A stretch of DNA of 58,271 bases from an uncultured Caulobacterales bacterium (GTDB taxonomy: Bacteria; Pseudomonadota; Alphaproteobacteria; Caulobacterales; Maricaulaceae): the NCBI GenBank assembly GCA_937965735.1, contig CALCKU010000033.1:1-58271 (forward strand). Direction: 5' to 3'. Position numbers and translations under genes: made by a program. Positions 58,190 to 58,271 of the stretch are shown here, piece after piece. A model generated the notes under the pieces. It ran no database searches. It saw only the letters and a list, made by a program, of their open reading frames with translations, and was not told the DNA's origin. How positions within the stretch are numbered: position 1 is the first letter of the stretch; each line of letters starts with the position of its first letter.

Positions 58190-58271
58190 AATGTTGCTCA
58201 CACTGCCCTCACTTGTAGCGCGGGAGCATGGCTATAATGTCTTCGCTCATTGTGTCCGGCTTAACGCCATC

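Noticed and set aside
58209-58271. Minus-strand coding sequence at the window edge (...DGVKPDTMSEDIIAMLPRYK*)
   Set aside because: Only 20 codons are visible. The downstream terminators make a real gene likely, but neither its identity nor its frame can be supported from this fragment, so it is not listed as a feature.

Overview
This 58.3-kb window looks like mostly core chromosome of an alphaproteobacterium. That assignment is inferred from gene order only: tsaE, an amgK-like kinase, murU, addB, addA and trxA, then folC-accD and trpA/trpB/trpF, then rpoN. About 50 protein genes are supportable. They include glmM, a PAS sensor histidine kinase, ppk1-ppx, ptsN-hpf, and a cobalamin riboswitch followed by a btuB-like receptor and ABC importer. 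There is also an oprO/P-like porin with pstSCAB preceded by Pho-box-like repeats, a quinohemoprotein PQQ alcohol dehydrogenase, and an exported DUF3604 / PpiC-type PPIase / HupE-UreJ module. One tRNA-Arg(CCG) is present. No rRNA, CRISPR array, transposase or integrase is visible.

Points worth a second look:
- The amgK-like kinase is split by one in-frame TAA just upstream of a 15-bp tandem-repeat linker.
- A 1.27-kb insert sits between trpB and trpA. It carries an unannotated entericidin-family lipoprotein gene and an orphan, probably secreted protein whose signal peptide lacks a canonical start.
- rpoN is separated from hpf-ptsN in a pattern that one ~9.7-kb inversion would explain.
- The B12 riboswitch core is interrupted by about 100 nt.
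- Two tandem-repeat arrays (12 bp x6 and 15 bp x4) fill one intergenic region, and in-frame 12-18 bp repeats recur in several genes.
- Immediately 3' of tRNA-Arg the sequence turns AT-rich. It contains an orphan gene with a SMUG1-like GMNPS motif and a 127-bp inverted-repeat element. This may be the edge of a genomic island that continues beyond the window.

All functional calls come from motif recognition by eye. No database search was run.
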